Shown in pieces: positions 1 through 11,531 of a DNA stretch of 64,000 nucleotides. The notes beneath the pieces were generated by a model. The model ran no database searches. It was not told the origin of the DNA and saw nothing but the letters and a program-made list of their open reading frames with translations. The stretch is taken from assembly GCF_006345805.1 (NCBI RefSeq), contig NC_043012.1, positions 40,796,001-40,860,000 on the forward strand. Reading direction: 5' to 3'. The translations under genes were made by a program, and so were the position numbers. How positions within the stretch are numbered: the stretch's first letter is position 1; the number at the start of each line of letters is the position of its first letter. This stretch comes from Octopus sinensis (Eukaryota).

Positions 1-119
1 ATACATGATATATATTATATATATAGTTATCAAAAAAGGGGGTCGAATTAATTAATTATATATATATATTATATATTATATATATATATATATATATACA
101 TTATATATATATTTATATA

Positions 120-160
<41 letters not shown>

Positions 161-162
161 TA

Positions 163-203
<41 letters not shown>

Positions 204-527
204 TATATATATAATGTATATAGTTTTGTTCCTTCTCGAGCCACACCTGGTTCATAAGGTGTATAGGTTCCCCACCGGATGGGACGCCGGTCTGTCGCAG
301 GTGAGCTGCAAAATGCAGGAGGAAAGAGTGAGAGAAAGTTGTGACGAAAGAGTCAGCAGAAGTTTGCTATTACCTTCTGCCGGAGCCGCGTGGAGCATAA
401 GTGCTTCGCTCATAAACACACACATCGCCCCGTCTGAGATTCGAACCCACGATCTCTCGACCGCGAGTCCGCTCTCTAGCCACTAGGCTATGTGCCAACA
501 ACCCACACACCACACACACACACATAT

Positions 528-558
<31 letters not shown>

Positions 559-569
559 ATATATATTAT

Positions 570-615
<46 letters not shown>

Positions 616-670
616 TATATAATTATATATATTATATATATATATATATATTATATATATATATATATAT
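1..670. repeat. (TA)n-rich microsatellite blocks flanking a SINE
   Basis: Directly visible imperfect TA arrays at 1-213 and 525-670. Confidence 0.95.
226..496 (-). mobile_element. tRNA-derived SINE (second copy ~33364-33640, minus)
   Basis: Minus strand begins GGCACATAGCCTAGTGGCTAGAGAGCGGACTCGCGGTCGAGAGATCGTGGGTTCGAATCTC (A/B boxes); the body is shared with 33364-33640. Confidence 0.8.
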
Positions 671-1312
671 TCGAGGGAGTAGTAGACGACGCCTGCTCAA
701 GGTTCTACGCAGTGGAAACTGAACCCAGTCCCATGTGGTTGGGAAACAAGTTTCTTACCACAGAGCAACGCCTGTATTACATTTTAATTTATATATTTTT
801 AGTATTTCTTTTCTGTTGTTGTTGTTTTGTTGGATTCGTTATTTCTAAATGTGAAACAGGTCGACATCGTTTATTATTATCACCGTTGATTGACATCGAC
901 GACGCAGAATACCGTCTTGGCTTAATTTGTGTTGCTTGTTTACGATACACGAAGAAAAATATTTGAAATATGAAGGAAATGTAATTCTGATAGATTAAGT
1001 AATTAAGATGGATTAAGTACAGCATCGGTTGTTTAATGCTAGAAATGTGTAATTGATTTATTTCACAGGCGCACGCGCGAACACATGCACTCATATATAT
1101 ATATACATACGCACAAAAATACCCCTTCACGCACACACAAATGCACGTATCTTAACACACACACATATTTCCAAACACACGAAGTAATAAAGATATAGAT
1201 ACCTAGAGTAATAGTCATACAAATACATTGACTGAGAGTTCCCTATGCATTTGTGTGTGTATGTTTGTGTGTGCACGTGCATGTATGCGTGTATAAATAA
1301 ATATATATACAT

Positions 1313-1314
<2 letters not shown>

Positions 1315-1365
<51 letters not shown>

Positions 1366-1382
1366 CAGTCAGACAGACAGAC

Positions 1383-1432
<50 letters not shown>

Positions 1433-1494
1433 TAGACAGACAGACTGACAGACAGATAGATAGAAGATAGATAATAGATAGATAGATAGATAGC

Positions 1495-1558
<64 letters not shown>

Positions 1559-1579
1559 TAGAAGATAGATAGATAGGAG

Positions 1580-1611
<32 letters not shown>

Positions 1612-1654
1612 GAGATAGATAGATAGATAGATAGAGATAGATGATAGATGGATG

Positions 1655-1716
<62 letters not shown>

Positions 1717-1733
1717 AGATAGATAGATGGATG

Positions 1734-1785
<52 letters not shown>
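1315..1785. repeat. (GATA)n/(GACA)n tetranucleotide array
   Basis: Directly visible. Confidence 0.95.
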
Positions 1786-1859
1786 TTCACTATATAAATA
1801 TATATATATATATATCCATACATATCTAAGTTAGATAATTAAGATATGTTTCTACCAAA

Positions 1860-4600
1860 GATTGGCCCAAGCCATAGGATAAGCTGAATCCTTTTTAAGT
1901 CAAGTTTTGTGGTATCATGGTCCATTCGGGTAGTGAGTTCTTGTTGAGTGGGTTGTATCCAGGTATACGTGGCTTATTTGTCCCGATTTCGTTTAAAGGT
2001 GATGGGATCCTTTTCCTATTTGATCTGTTTCGAGACAATAATAAATAGGGCATGGCTTGTTGCGGTGTATTTATGTGTTGTGACCCTGAATTGGGTATGG
2101 GACGTATGGCCCATGGTCCTAGCCTTCAATGAATTTTGAAGCTAATGTTGATGTCCTTTGGGCAATGCTGGTGGTATATCCTCCACATTGTGCAAATGCT
2201 GTGTCGCTTACGGCCTCGCTGGAAAGAATAGAGTTTTAAACCTTTAAGGCGGTCCCAATAATCGAGGTCAGTCATGCCCTTAATTCTTTTAGTGAATGAC
2301 CTGTGGGGTGATTCAATTTTGGAAATGTTTTGTTTTGGATGGGGAAACCATAGGGGGCAGCAGTATTTGAGGTGTGGCTGTATAAAGGAGGAGGATGAGG
2401 AATGATGACGGCTTGTTCTCTGGACCGGAAGGTTCTTAGGATCCAGGAGCTCATCTTTATCAACTTTATTGTTGATGTGGGCACTCCAGCTGAGATTGCT
2501 TTCAACAATTATTCCCAGGTCTCTGATATTATTAGATGTTGTGAGTGGTTCCCCTGAAGGAAGAGAGTATGGCTGTTGTAGCCATAGTCTTTCTTCCAAA
2601 ATGCATCAACTCAGTTTTTCCCTCGTTTAGTTTTTGTCTGCCCATTGACTCACTGCATGTAGATCAGACTGGAGTTGAGTTTGGTCTTCTTCTTCATTGA
2701 TAATTTTCTGGAGCTTAGAGTCATCGGTGAATATTTTCACTTTGCTGTGTTGTTTATATAGACTACAAAGAGAAGCGGGGCCCAAGACAGTCGCCTGAAA
2801 GACACCACTGGTGACTTTTGCTGGGTTTGAGTGGATTTCACCGATCACAACATGTGTTCTGTTCTCCGGAAATCCTCAGTCCAGTGTAGGAGTTTTCCAT
2901 GGATTCCAACATTTGACAATAGGATATTATGGTCGACTCTGTTGAATGTTTTACTGAATTCAAGATATATGACAACAGAGTTTGAACCTGATCCCATGGC
3001 TTTAAAGATATCATTGATGTGGTGTAAGAGCTGTCCCTGTTGCAGCGAAAGCCATTCTGGTTTGAATTTAGGCGATTGTTGTTCTTCAGGAAACCAACTG
3101 TCCTTGATTGCACCACCCTTTCAAACACTTTAATAATATAGGAAGTGAGTGAGATTGGGCGATAGTTGACTGCGAGAGATCTGTTCCACTGTTTGAAAAC
3201 CAGGATGACAGACAGGGATAAGAGCTATTTCGGTATATAAACTGAGTCTAAAGAATTTCTCCAGAGGTTGGTCACAGGGACTGCAAGTTGGTGGCTACAT
3301 TCCTTCATGAGACTAGCGGGGAATCTATCAAGGTCTACAGCAAAATAGTATTTGACCTCATTTATTGCTGCTATGATGTCTGAAGCAGTAAAGGTTATGT
3401 CCAAGATTATATGTTGGGAATTAACTTCATTCGCATCTCTTACATCAATATCTGTGGGATCACTAAAGACAGTGCAGTATTGATTCTGCAATATTTCTGC
3501 CATTTCTTTAGCATTCTGTTGGAGAATGCCGTTCTCATTGATCAATGGACCAATGGGTGAGACTGCAGTCCTATGCTTATTTGCATATGAATAGAACACT
3601 TTTGGGTTCTGTTTGTTTTTTTTTTGATTACCCACTGTTCCTCTGCAGCTCTTTGATTTTCAATGCAGGTTTTCATGTTGGTCTTCAGATGAAGTTTTTC
3701 TGATTCCAGCCTTTTCATTGTTGTTGAATGTGGATGTTGTATGTGGGAGTATTTTAATTGGTTGATTTTTTTATTAAGTTTTTTGATGTTCTTGATGAGT
3801 TTTTTTCTCTCTAGGGAGCCATTTTTTTTTTATGCTAGTGGATTTCGTAGGAGTGTGTTTTGAGCATGTATAGGTGACAATGTCCTCAAAATGTTGCCAT
3901 GTGGTTTCAATGTAAGTGGAACTGAGAATGAAGAACCTGTCAGCAAAGGACGGATCCTTTCTGATTGTACCCCAGTCTGCATTGTGGAAGTTTATGTTTC
4001 TGCATTGGAGTGGGATTGGCTGCTTTGGTTTTCATATGCTGGAAATTAAGGTTGCAGAGTATCATATCATGGTCCGAGAGGAGAGTCTGTATATATATAT
4101 AAAACATGACCGTCTTTTCGTCCAATGTCACTTCAGCCATGTCTTTTCATCCGACGTCTTTTTGTCCGATGATGTTTTGCTCCAACTTTTTGCCTAATTT
4201 TAAATAAACTCTTTAGAAAACAAGGTGAACATCAAAATCAAATAATTGTTGAGAATTTAATTGATAGGGTTTGTTGTTGCACAAAAAAATCATTGGACAA
4301 GGAGACGTCGAACCAAAAGATACGGACAAAAAGACATTTGATGAAGTGATGTCAGACTAAAAGACGGCACCATGTACAAATATACATATATATATACATA
4401 TATATACATATATAAATATACATGCAACCTTTATATTTTACTAGGACGTCTGTTTTGATGCATAGAATTGGTAATATTGCTGTGACTCATTGTGTTTTTG
4501 TTTTTATTTGCTTAGAGATCAGTTGGATTTCTGCTGCTGATACGGAACTTCGGATTCTAGCTTGAATTTCAGCCTCTCAAAAGTAGTATCCTCATAAATT
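1860..4600 (-). mobile_element. Degraded CR1-like LINE (RT and upstream regions), frameshifted
   Basis: Minus-strand fragments NPKVFYSYAN, NQNGFR, SGVFQATVLGP..FTDDSKL, RDLGIIVESNLSWSAHI, PHLKYCCPLW..IESPHRSFTKRIKGM. Confidence 0.85.
4105..4375. mobile_element. MITE with imperfect TIRs inserted in the old LINE
   Basis: CATGACCGTCTTTTCGTCCAATGTCACTTCA... vs ...TGAAGTGATGTCAGACTAAAAGACGGCACCATG; internal AAAGAC subrepeats. Confidence 0.6.
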
Positions 4601-4653
4601 TGACCATAAAAATGGTCTAAAAAATTCGACTTTTACATTAGTATATACGGTAT

Positions 4654-4686
<33 letters not shown>

Positions 4687-6269
4687 TAGCTTCTTCCAGT
4701 TTCCATCTGTCAAATCCACTCACAAGGCTTTGGTTGGCCCTTGGCTATAGTAGAGGACACTTGCCCAAGGTGCTAAGCAGTGAGACTGTGCTTGGGAACA
4801 ATGTGGTTGGGAAGCAAGCTTCTTAGCACCCAGCCATGCCTGAAACTACACGCACACACACACATACACACACACATATATATATGTATGTGTGTGTGTG
4901 TGTCTTTGTGGTCTGTGTTTGTCCCCTACCACCCCTTGACAACGAGTGTTGGTGAGTTTATGTTCACATAACTTAACGGTTTGATAAAAAGAGACTGATA
5001 AAATAAGTACCAGGCTTTATGAATAAATTTGAGTAAAAATTCTTCAAGGCAGTGCTCCAGCGTGGCCACTGTCTAATGACTGAAACAAGTAAAAGATGGA
5101 AGAGATATTGACAGATTTTGTTTTTATTAACAACATAAAAATATAAACGATCAAATCATTGAGGAGAAAAAAAAGTGGGAAAAAATCAATGCAGTCCTGC
5201 TTCACCAAGGAAACAAAGAAAAAGAGAAAGAAAGGTGGTGGTGGTGTGGTGGTGGTGGTAGGGGAGTCGATCTAGCAGGGGATAGGAAGGTGGTAGAGGG
5301 TGGGGTGGGTGGGTGGGTGTAACAGATTGTATACAAAGTTTGACATGGTTAGTCATGTCTCACAGGCCTAATTGCAAGAGGGGGGGTTATTTAACCATCC
5401 ATAAAATTTGTCCAGAGAGAGAGAGAGGAGGGAAGGGGGAGAGGAGGGAAGGAGAATGAACCGGTGTTGGGCATTGATTTATCTGAGGCATATTTTTCTC
5501 TCTAATTTCCCTCGCTGGATAAGGATTCAATGTTGAAACCATCCTTGAGGTCACCAGACTTAAATTCATGGAATACTTTCGTTTATTCTATTGACAGATA
5601 AAAGAACAGAACACCCGAGTGAACTTTAAACATGCTCAGGCTGATCACTGCCAGCTGAGCGAAATTTGACTGATGGAAACTGCATAGAAGCCTTTTGCAT
5701 ATACATGTGTGCTTCACATTGCTCCAGTCCACTCAGCTAACAAAAATGAGTGGCACCTGTAATTCAAAAGGGCCAGCCCTTTCACATTCTGTACAACACT
5801 GAATCTCCTTGGAAACTACATTAAATGTACGTGTGTCTGTGGAGTACTCAGCCACTTGCACGTTCATTTCACAAGCAGGTTCTCCTGTTGATCGGACCGA
5901 CGGGAACACTTATTGGTATAACCAACAGAGTGTCAACTGTGTGTGTTCACATTGATACGGTGTGGGCTGTAGTGGTGTTTATTCATGTCTTGAAGAAACG
6001 TATGTCTCACAGTTTACTGGTTCAATGTGTGGAGGCGAAATAAAATGAAGTCCCTTTCTTGAAAACGAAAATGAGTTCTCCCCCAAGAAGTTTTGTCAAA
6101 CCTGTTGTAGCATGGAGAAAGCTGGGGTTAAAAAAGATGATGATGGTGTTGTGTACATATATATATACATACACATTCTTGTGCATATATATATATATAT
6201 ATATATTTATGTATATATATATATATGTGTGTGTGGTGTGTGTATGCACTTTTTTTCAATATGTGACTG

Positions 6270-6462
6270 CGTGTGTATCGTTGGCCATTTTCTTTCTCCG
6301 TCTTCCCTTCTTTGGACTTTTTCTATATTTCTGACGAAGAGCTCTGCTCGAAACATGAAATCCTCTTTCTTTTCTTTCCTTTCCTGAGCATCCAAAAACA
6401 CTGTACTTGTTCCACGTCCTCACGTTGTTGTTTTTTCTTGCTTGTTTATGTTTAGATTGACT
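6270..6462 (+). mobile_element. Short repeat 'family 2' carrying a minimal hammerhead motif (decayed); other copies at 11245-11420 (-) and 17868-18052 (+)
   Basis: Shared ~190-bp body ending GGATTAACTATATA; motif TTT-CTGACGA-A-GAGC-TCT-GCTC-GAAA at 6327-6361. Confidence 0.75.
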
Positions 6463-6477
6463 ATATTCTGAGATCCC

Positions 6478-6798
6478 CTTCAGTCATGAATGACCATGGG
6501 ATTGCAACTAGAAAGTTACCCTCCCAGGCACAAGTCTGGGCAAGGTTGTTTATGGAAGACTAGCAGTCGCCCATGCATACTGGCCTCCCCTCTCCATGCC
6601 ACTGATGATGTCCAAGGGAAAGGCAAAGGGGCTGATACAGCTTGGCACCAGTGATGTCGCAGCTCATTTCTACAGCTGAGTGAACTGGAGCAACGTGAAA
6701 TAAAGTGTCTTGCTCAAGAACACAACACGCAGCCCGATCCGGGATTTGAGCTCACAACCTTACAATCGTAAGCTTGACGCTCTAACCACTGAGCCATT
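6478..6798 (-). mobile_element. tRNA-derived SINE (plus-strand copy ~48415-48715, partial ~38870-39005)
   Basis: Minus head ATGGCTCAGTGGTTAGAGCGTCAAGCTTACGATTGTAAGGTTGTGAGCTCAAATCCCGGATCGGG; body GTGTTCTTGAGCAAGACACTTTATTTCAC is shared. Confidence 0.8.
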
Positions 6799-7441
6799 GA
6801 CTATATATATATATATATATATATATACTTATATATATACATATATATATATATATATACTTATATATATACATATATATATACATATACTTATATTTAT
6901 ATATAAATATTTATTAGGGTTAGGGTGTTGAAGGTTTATCTTGCTTAGCTTACATAGGACTATCCCTACTATCATTGCTTGATAACTAGTGTTGGTGTGT
7001 TTATGTCCTCATAACTTAGCAGTTCAGCCAAAGGTATCAGTAAAGTAAGTATCAGGTTAAAAAAAAAAGTACTGGTGTTGATTCATTCAAATAAAATTCT
7101 TCAGGCTGGTGCCCCAGCATGGCCGCAGTCTAATGACTGAAACGAGAATACATAGTATATGTGTGTTCATTTATATGTATGTACAGGACAGAAAAGTTAA
7201 TTAAGAAATGTATAGAATTTTACAGCCCACAACACAAATATACTGCCATTGTGTGTATATGTTTGCGCACCTATTATATTCCCAAAGTTATTAATTGATA
7301 AATATATATATATATATATACACACACACACGCCTTTATTGACTGAGCTGCTTGTTGCCATGGTTACAACAGGAAGTATTTTCTATGGAGCTTGTTAACT
7401 GTCTTTTCTTCTTGTCTGCCCCCCCCCCCTTACAACTACAG

Positions 7442-7500
<59 letters not shown>

Positions 7501-7784
7501 ATGGGGCAATGAATTCAAGTGATATAAAGATAATGCTACAGTTAACTATCCATGTATGTCACACTTACTTTACTCCTGAATTCCACCTAGAAACCAGCTT
7601 TGACTTATTAATGGGACAAAAATTAAAAGTACTTACCTAAGGACAGCTGTTTTGTAGGGAGGCTTAGCAGTAAGTTAGCTCTGTGACTTATATAGGTACA
7701 AACATGTGACTTGAATCTGACAGGGTGTGTGAATGAAGTTTTATTAATCCTTTGGTTGCCTCATAAAGGAAACACACCCATCAT

Positions 7785-8105
7785 CATCATCATCATCGAT
7801 TAACGTCCGTTTTCCATGCTGGCATGGGTTGGACTGTTTGACTGAGGTCTGGAGGGCCAGTGGCTGCACCAGGCTCTCCAATCTGGTCTGGCAGAGTTCC
7901 TACAGCTGGATGCCCTTCCTAATGCCAACCACTTTGAGAGTGTAGTGGGTGCACTCTCGGGGTGGTTGGCATTCAGAAGGGCATCCAGCTGTTGAAACCT
8001 TGCCAAATCAGACTGGAGAGCCTGGTGCAGCCTCCCAGTTCATCAGTTCTCAGTCAAACCATCCAACTCATGGCAGCAGGGAAAATGGACGTTAATCGAT
8101 GGTGA
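7785..8105. mobile_element. Abundant SINE/LINE-tail repeat with GTTGGCGTTAGGAAGGGCATCCAGCTG core and (GAT)n tail; further copies ~10130-10300, 22670-23070, 38137-38370, 44500-44705, 47795-48160, 52695-52820, 60700-60880
   Basis: Near-identical blocks recur in both orientations and end in CGGACGTTAAACGATGATGATG. Confidence 0.8.
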
Positions 8106-8337
8106 TGTATGTGTGTTTATATATGTGTGTGTGTGTGTTCTCAACAACACGGTTTTGGGTTCAGTTCTACTGCATGGTACCTTGGGCAAGTGTATACTAT
8201 ATCCTTAGGCTGACCAGGGCCTTGTGAGTGGAATTGGTAGACGGAAACTGAAAGAAGCTCATTGGGTGCGTGTATAAACAACTGACTGGAATGATGAGTT
8301 TTAAATTGGAGTATATATATTATTATATAGTTAGTAT

Positions 8338-8383
<46 letters not shown>

Positions 8384-8423
8384 CACACATACACACACAC
8401 ACGCACACACATGCACACACACA

Positions 8424-9583
8424 CATGACAGAAGTAAATAGACACGCTTATAATCGTTAAAATTTATTTAAATCCAGAATCATACATTCAATGCAAGGAC
8501 CCTATTAGGACCTTACTGATCAGATGACAGGTATTCTCTTGAGGAATTTCTTGTCAAGTTTCATGCAATGATCTCAAAAAATCTGGCTTTGAGGATGCTT
8601 TCTTGTTCATTTTATGAAGTGTCCTGTCCATTATGCCCCAGAGATGTTCAATAGGGTTCATATCTGGTGACTGAGTTGATCTTGGAAGTTTTTTAATGCC
8701 ATTCTTTTCCATCCAATCTTTGTGTGATAAGGAGTTCCATCATCCATAAATAAAGAGTCTTCTTTAATCATTTCATCATTGGAGAAGGATTGGAAGGAGT
8801 CTTTTCTGCAATATGGACAAATATTTATCTGAGTTTATGTTTCCCTCACACTCCACCAGCTATGATTAACCATTGATCCAAATTTTTCCTCAGACCATCG
8901 CAAAATAGCCATCATTTTTCATTGTTGGCTGCAATCTTTCCACATCAAATTCTTGGTCACAGAGTCTCCAAGCCCACACTTGACCACTATTAGAAAATGC
9001 AGCAAATCTGGACTCATCAGAGAATATATCAATGTCCCAAAATGCTAGTGGCCTCTCCACCATCTCATTGGTCCAATTTTTTCTCCACATGATATTGGCT
9101 GGCCAAAGAAGTGGCTTCCTTCTTGCTACTCTACCATAGTAACCAAGTTTGTGGAGACACCTGACAGCTGTTCTGGAACTGACATCAACTTATTGTGCTA
9201 TGTCAGAGGCCTAGCAATGAGGATTATCCTCCACACTTAACAAAGCGAAGGGTTGTCAGAGGGACCTGGTTGACCTGGACAAGGTGATGTAGACTCCTTC
9301 CCCTCTCTGGTAAATTGCACAATCACTCTGTAAACTGTTGAAAGTAGGATACCAAGGTTTTCTGATGGTTCACACTTGGCTAATTCCACCTTCAGATTGA
9401 CTGACAATATAACCTCTTTGAAATTCAGACAGTTCCAAGACTTCTTTTGTATGTGGCAGGATTAAAAAGCCACATGTAGAACTTGAAACATAAAAACTGT
9501 CAATTAATAAAGAATACAAACCATTCGCAGCAAAACATAAAATGGGGTTTTATGGGGTGTCTATTTACTTCTGTCTTGTCTGC

Positions 9584-9587
<4 letters not shown>
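8424..9587 (-). mobile_element. Degenerate Tc1-like DNA transposon
   Basis: Inverted ends GACAGAAGTAAATAGACAC / GTGTCTATTTACTTCTGTC; minus peptide IFSDESRF..GQVWAWR..LQPTMK. Confidence 0.8.
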
Positions 9588-9617
<30 letters not shown>

Positions 9618-9618
<1 letters not shown>

Positions 9619-10680
9619 CAGGAAAACCTGGGACGAGGTGGTGAAGCATGACCTCGCTCTTTAGGTCTCACCGAGGAAATGACCAGAGACCGAAACCTTT
9701 GGAAGTATGCTGTGTGTGAGAAGACCCGGCAGGACAAGTGAGGCCATAACCCGTGGCCCCTACCTGGGACGTAGTCAGTCCACCTGTGCATACCTTCCTT
9801 CTTGGAACACATAACTCTACTTGTGAAGACCTGTTGAGGCAAGTGAAAATCAAAGAATCAAAAAATCAAATCAAATCAAAATCGAAATCGATCAACATCA
9901 ATGGAATTTGTAGTTTGTGGTACCAGTGCCGGTGGCACATAAGAGAACCGTCCGAACGTGGCCGTAGCCAGCACCGCATCGACTGGCCTCCGTGCTCGTG
10001 GCACGTAACAAACACCATCTGATCGTGGCCATGCCAGTCTGGCCTGGCCTCTGTGCCGGTGGCACGTATAAAGCACCATCCAAGCGTGGCCGTTCGCCAG
10101 CCTCGTCTGGCACTTGTGTCGGTGGCACATAAAAAGCACCCACTACACTCATGGAGTGGTTGGCGTTAGGAAGGGCATCCAGCTGTAGAAACACCGCCAG
10201 ATCTGACTGGCCTGGTGCAGCCTTCGGGCTTCCCAGACCCCAGTTGAACCGTCCAACCCATGCTAGCATGGAAAGCGGACGTTAAACGATGATGATGATG
10301 AATGAGTGACGAAAGAATAGCCAAAGTCCTCATATACAGTCAGCTTGAGAGTGGGCACAAGAATGTTGATCAACTCTGGCTCAGATATAAGCACAAGCTG
10401 AAGAGTGACTTCTTGGAGATGAAGATAGCTGACAACACCTTTGAGTGATCAGCTTTGGAAGGACCAAAATGGAGATCATTGTGTCAAAATGGTATTAAAA
10501 ATGGTACTAACAGGCTTCGGGGTGCAAGGCAAAAGAGAAAAGCGGCTGCAAATATATCATCTGCACTGACCTGTAATCCTCATTCTTGCAACACCTGTTG
10601 CCTTCTTTTCAAAATGTTGACAGGACTTAAATGTCACATACGACATAAGCTTTATGACTGACAGAGCACGTTTTTTGGAG
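9618..10680 (+). mobile_element. RTE-type LINE 3' fragments (with an inserted composite repeat); similar RTE tails at ~32740-33010 (+) and ~48170-48345 (-)
   Basis: RKTWDEVVKHDLRSLGLTEEMTRDRNLWKYAV at 9618-9730; YKHKLKSDF..KWRSLCQNG..C..C..H zinc-knuckle-like end at 10300-10680. Confidence 0.75.
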
Positions 10681-10757
10681 CCTCATATGTCGAAACTAAC
10701 AGGAGAGTCCATTATATATATATGTCTGTGTGTGTATGTACATATATATATATATAT

Positions 10758-10837
<80 letters not shown>

Positions 10838-11016
10838 ATATGTATGTAAACAAAGATAAATGCGATACAATAAAATTAATTATAATCGCCGGTGTACCAG
10901 TACACGCCATATATTATACATATATCATTACATTCAAGGCGAAGAGTGCACTAGATACACAATAGCTGGATAAATTTAGTGAGATGAGAATTAAAAACTT
11001 TTACAAACTTAACTTT

Positions 11017-11089
11017 TCTTATACTGCAGTTTCGCCAAATTCAGCAATAAAAATAGTATTTATTTACTCAGGCTGGCTCTTCAGTAAGA
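11017..11089 (-). ncRNA. Type I hammerhead ribozyme, canonical core, GUA cleavage triplet
   Basis: UCUUA-CUGAAGA-GCCA...UGGC-GAAA-CUGCAG-UA^UAAGA: helix I 5 bp, helix II 4+ bp, palindromic helix III ACUGCAGU. Confidence 0.85.
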
Positions 11090-11214
11090 TTCCTGTTAAT
11101 GATGGGAAGACCATATCAATAGACCCATGTGCGTCTATCGAAATGCTCTTTCTAAACTATTCAAAACACTGCGCAGACTCCGAACAAACCCGACAAAATA
11201 GGGGATTGTGGTAT

Positions 11215-11249
<35 letters not shown>

Positions 11250-11352
11250 GTATAAAGTTAATCCAAACAAGAAAACACAAAAAAACAACAACGCGAGGAC
11301 GTGGAACAAATATAGTATTATTGGACGCTCAGGAAAGAAGGGAAGAAGGAGG

Positions 11353-11387
11353 GTTTAACGTTTCGAGCGGAGCTCTTCATCGGAAAC
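11353..11387 (-). ncRNA. Minimal type I hammerhead (family 2), U4C variant
   Basis: GUUU-CCGAUGA-A-GAGC-UCC-GCUC-GAAA-CG-UU^AAAC. Confidence 0.65.
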
Positions 11388-11531
11388 ATAGGAGAAGGGA
11401 AGACAGAGGAAAAAAAATCGCCAACATATATGTAGTCAATAATAAAAGGGTAAAATTAATTAATTATTAATTAATAATTTTACCAAGTAGTGTTCAGTAT
11501 GTAAAAAGACCATTTACGGTATATTTAAAAC

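Noticed and set aside
780-1100. CpG-richer unique segment as a possible 5'UTR exon or promoter of the gene
   Set aside because: There is an AG acceptor-like site at ~859 but no convincing donor or other support from sequence alone.
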